Assembly: GCF_009914755.1 (NCBI RefSeq) | Contig: NC_060932.1 | From: the human T2T-CHM13v2.0 reference genome, Homo sapiens | Reading direction: 5' to 3' (one strand) | Length of the DNA stretch: 64,000 nucleotides | In this document: positions 63,471 through 64,000 of the stretch, piece by piece | Layout: every line of letters begins with the position of its first letter | Position numbering within the stretch: position 1 is the first letter of the stretch | Program-made: the position numbers and the translations under genes | The notes under the pieces: generated by a model | Told to the model about the DNA's origin: nothing | The model's database searches: none | Seen by the model: only the letters and a program-made list of their open reading frames with translations

Positions 63471-64000
63471 ACAGAGTTTTATTATTTTCTTCCTGCTAAA
63501 TATTAAAGACAAACTATGCTTTTAAATTCCTAATCCAGTGACATCTTGAAAAGAACAGAAACAGACTACAGTTAATGGCAACATAAGTGAAAAAGCGTAA
63601 GCAGTCCTCTATATTCCCTTATTTATGAATTCTACATACTAATATAAAAGCCAACCACTTATTTAAAAGTTCTGTGACCTTTACACCAACCTCTTTTAGT
63701 ACTGGCATATTTTAAAGCAATTCTGGTAAATCCTACTTGAAAAGTAAACTCTTATCTTTACCTTCCAGATATAACCAGAATACATGTATTTCTCACCACA
63801 TCTCCTGGCCTCACCCCGGCCCAGGCTGCCTGGATTACAGCCATAGGCCTCCTACCTGGTCTCTCTGCTCCAGCTCTCACCGCCCTACACTCTATTCACA
63901 ACCCTTCTGAGTTGTGCACTGATCCTTCCAAAACATCAATCACACAATTTTACTCCTCTGCTTAAAACTCATCAACAGTTCTCCAACTTTCCCAGATTCA

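Overview
Human (or great-ape) genomic DNA lying entirely inside the 5' half of PTK2 (focal adhesion kinase, FAK), which is transcribed on the minus strand. Three canonical coding exons are present: 30519-30745 (32 nt of UTR plus the ATG), 19447-19613 and 4285-4372. Together they encode FAK residues 1-150 (N-terminal arm and start of the FERM domain). A fourth, alternative upstream exon (~60780-61098) splices in frame and would add a 44-aa N-terminal extension. The rest is intron, dense in Alu, L1, L2/MIR, MaLR LTRs and hAT/Tigger DNA-transposon fossils; almost every other ORF in the supplied track is repeat-derived noise. I see no CpG island, RNA gene or wholly new biological system. The less obvious items are: a decayed C2H2 zinc-finger gene relic ~1.5 kb downstream of the ATG exon; a competing 3' splice site that would add an in-frame stop; an Alu polarity switch favouring an AUG-containing circRNA; a ~90-bp ancient inverted duplication; fused inverted Alus; a twin-primed L1 inside a four-level nest; and a PBX-HOX/MEIS motif cluster. 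Repeat subfamily names and boundaries are by eye and approximate.
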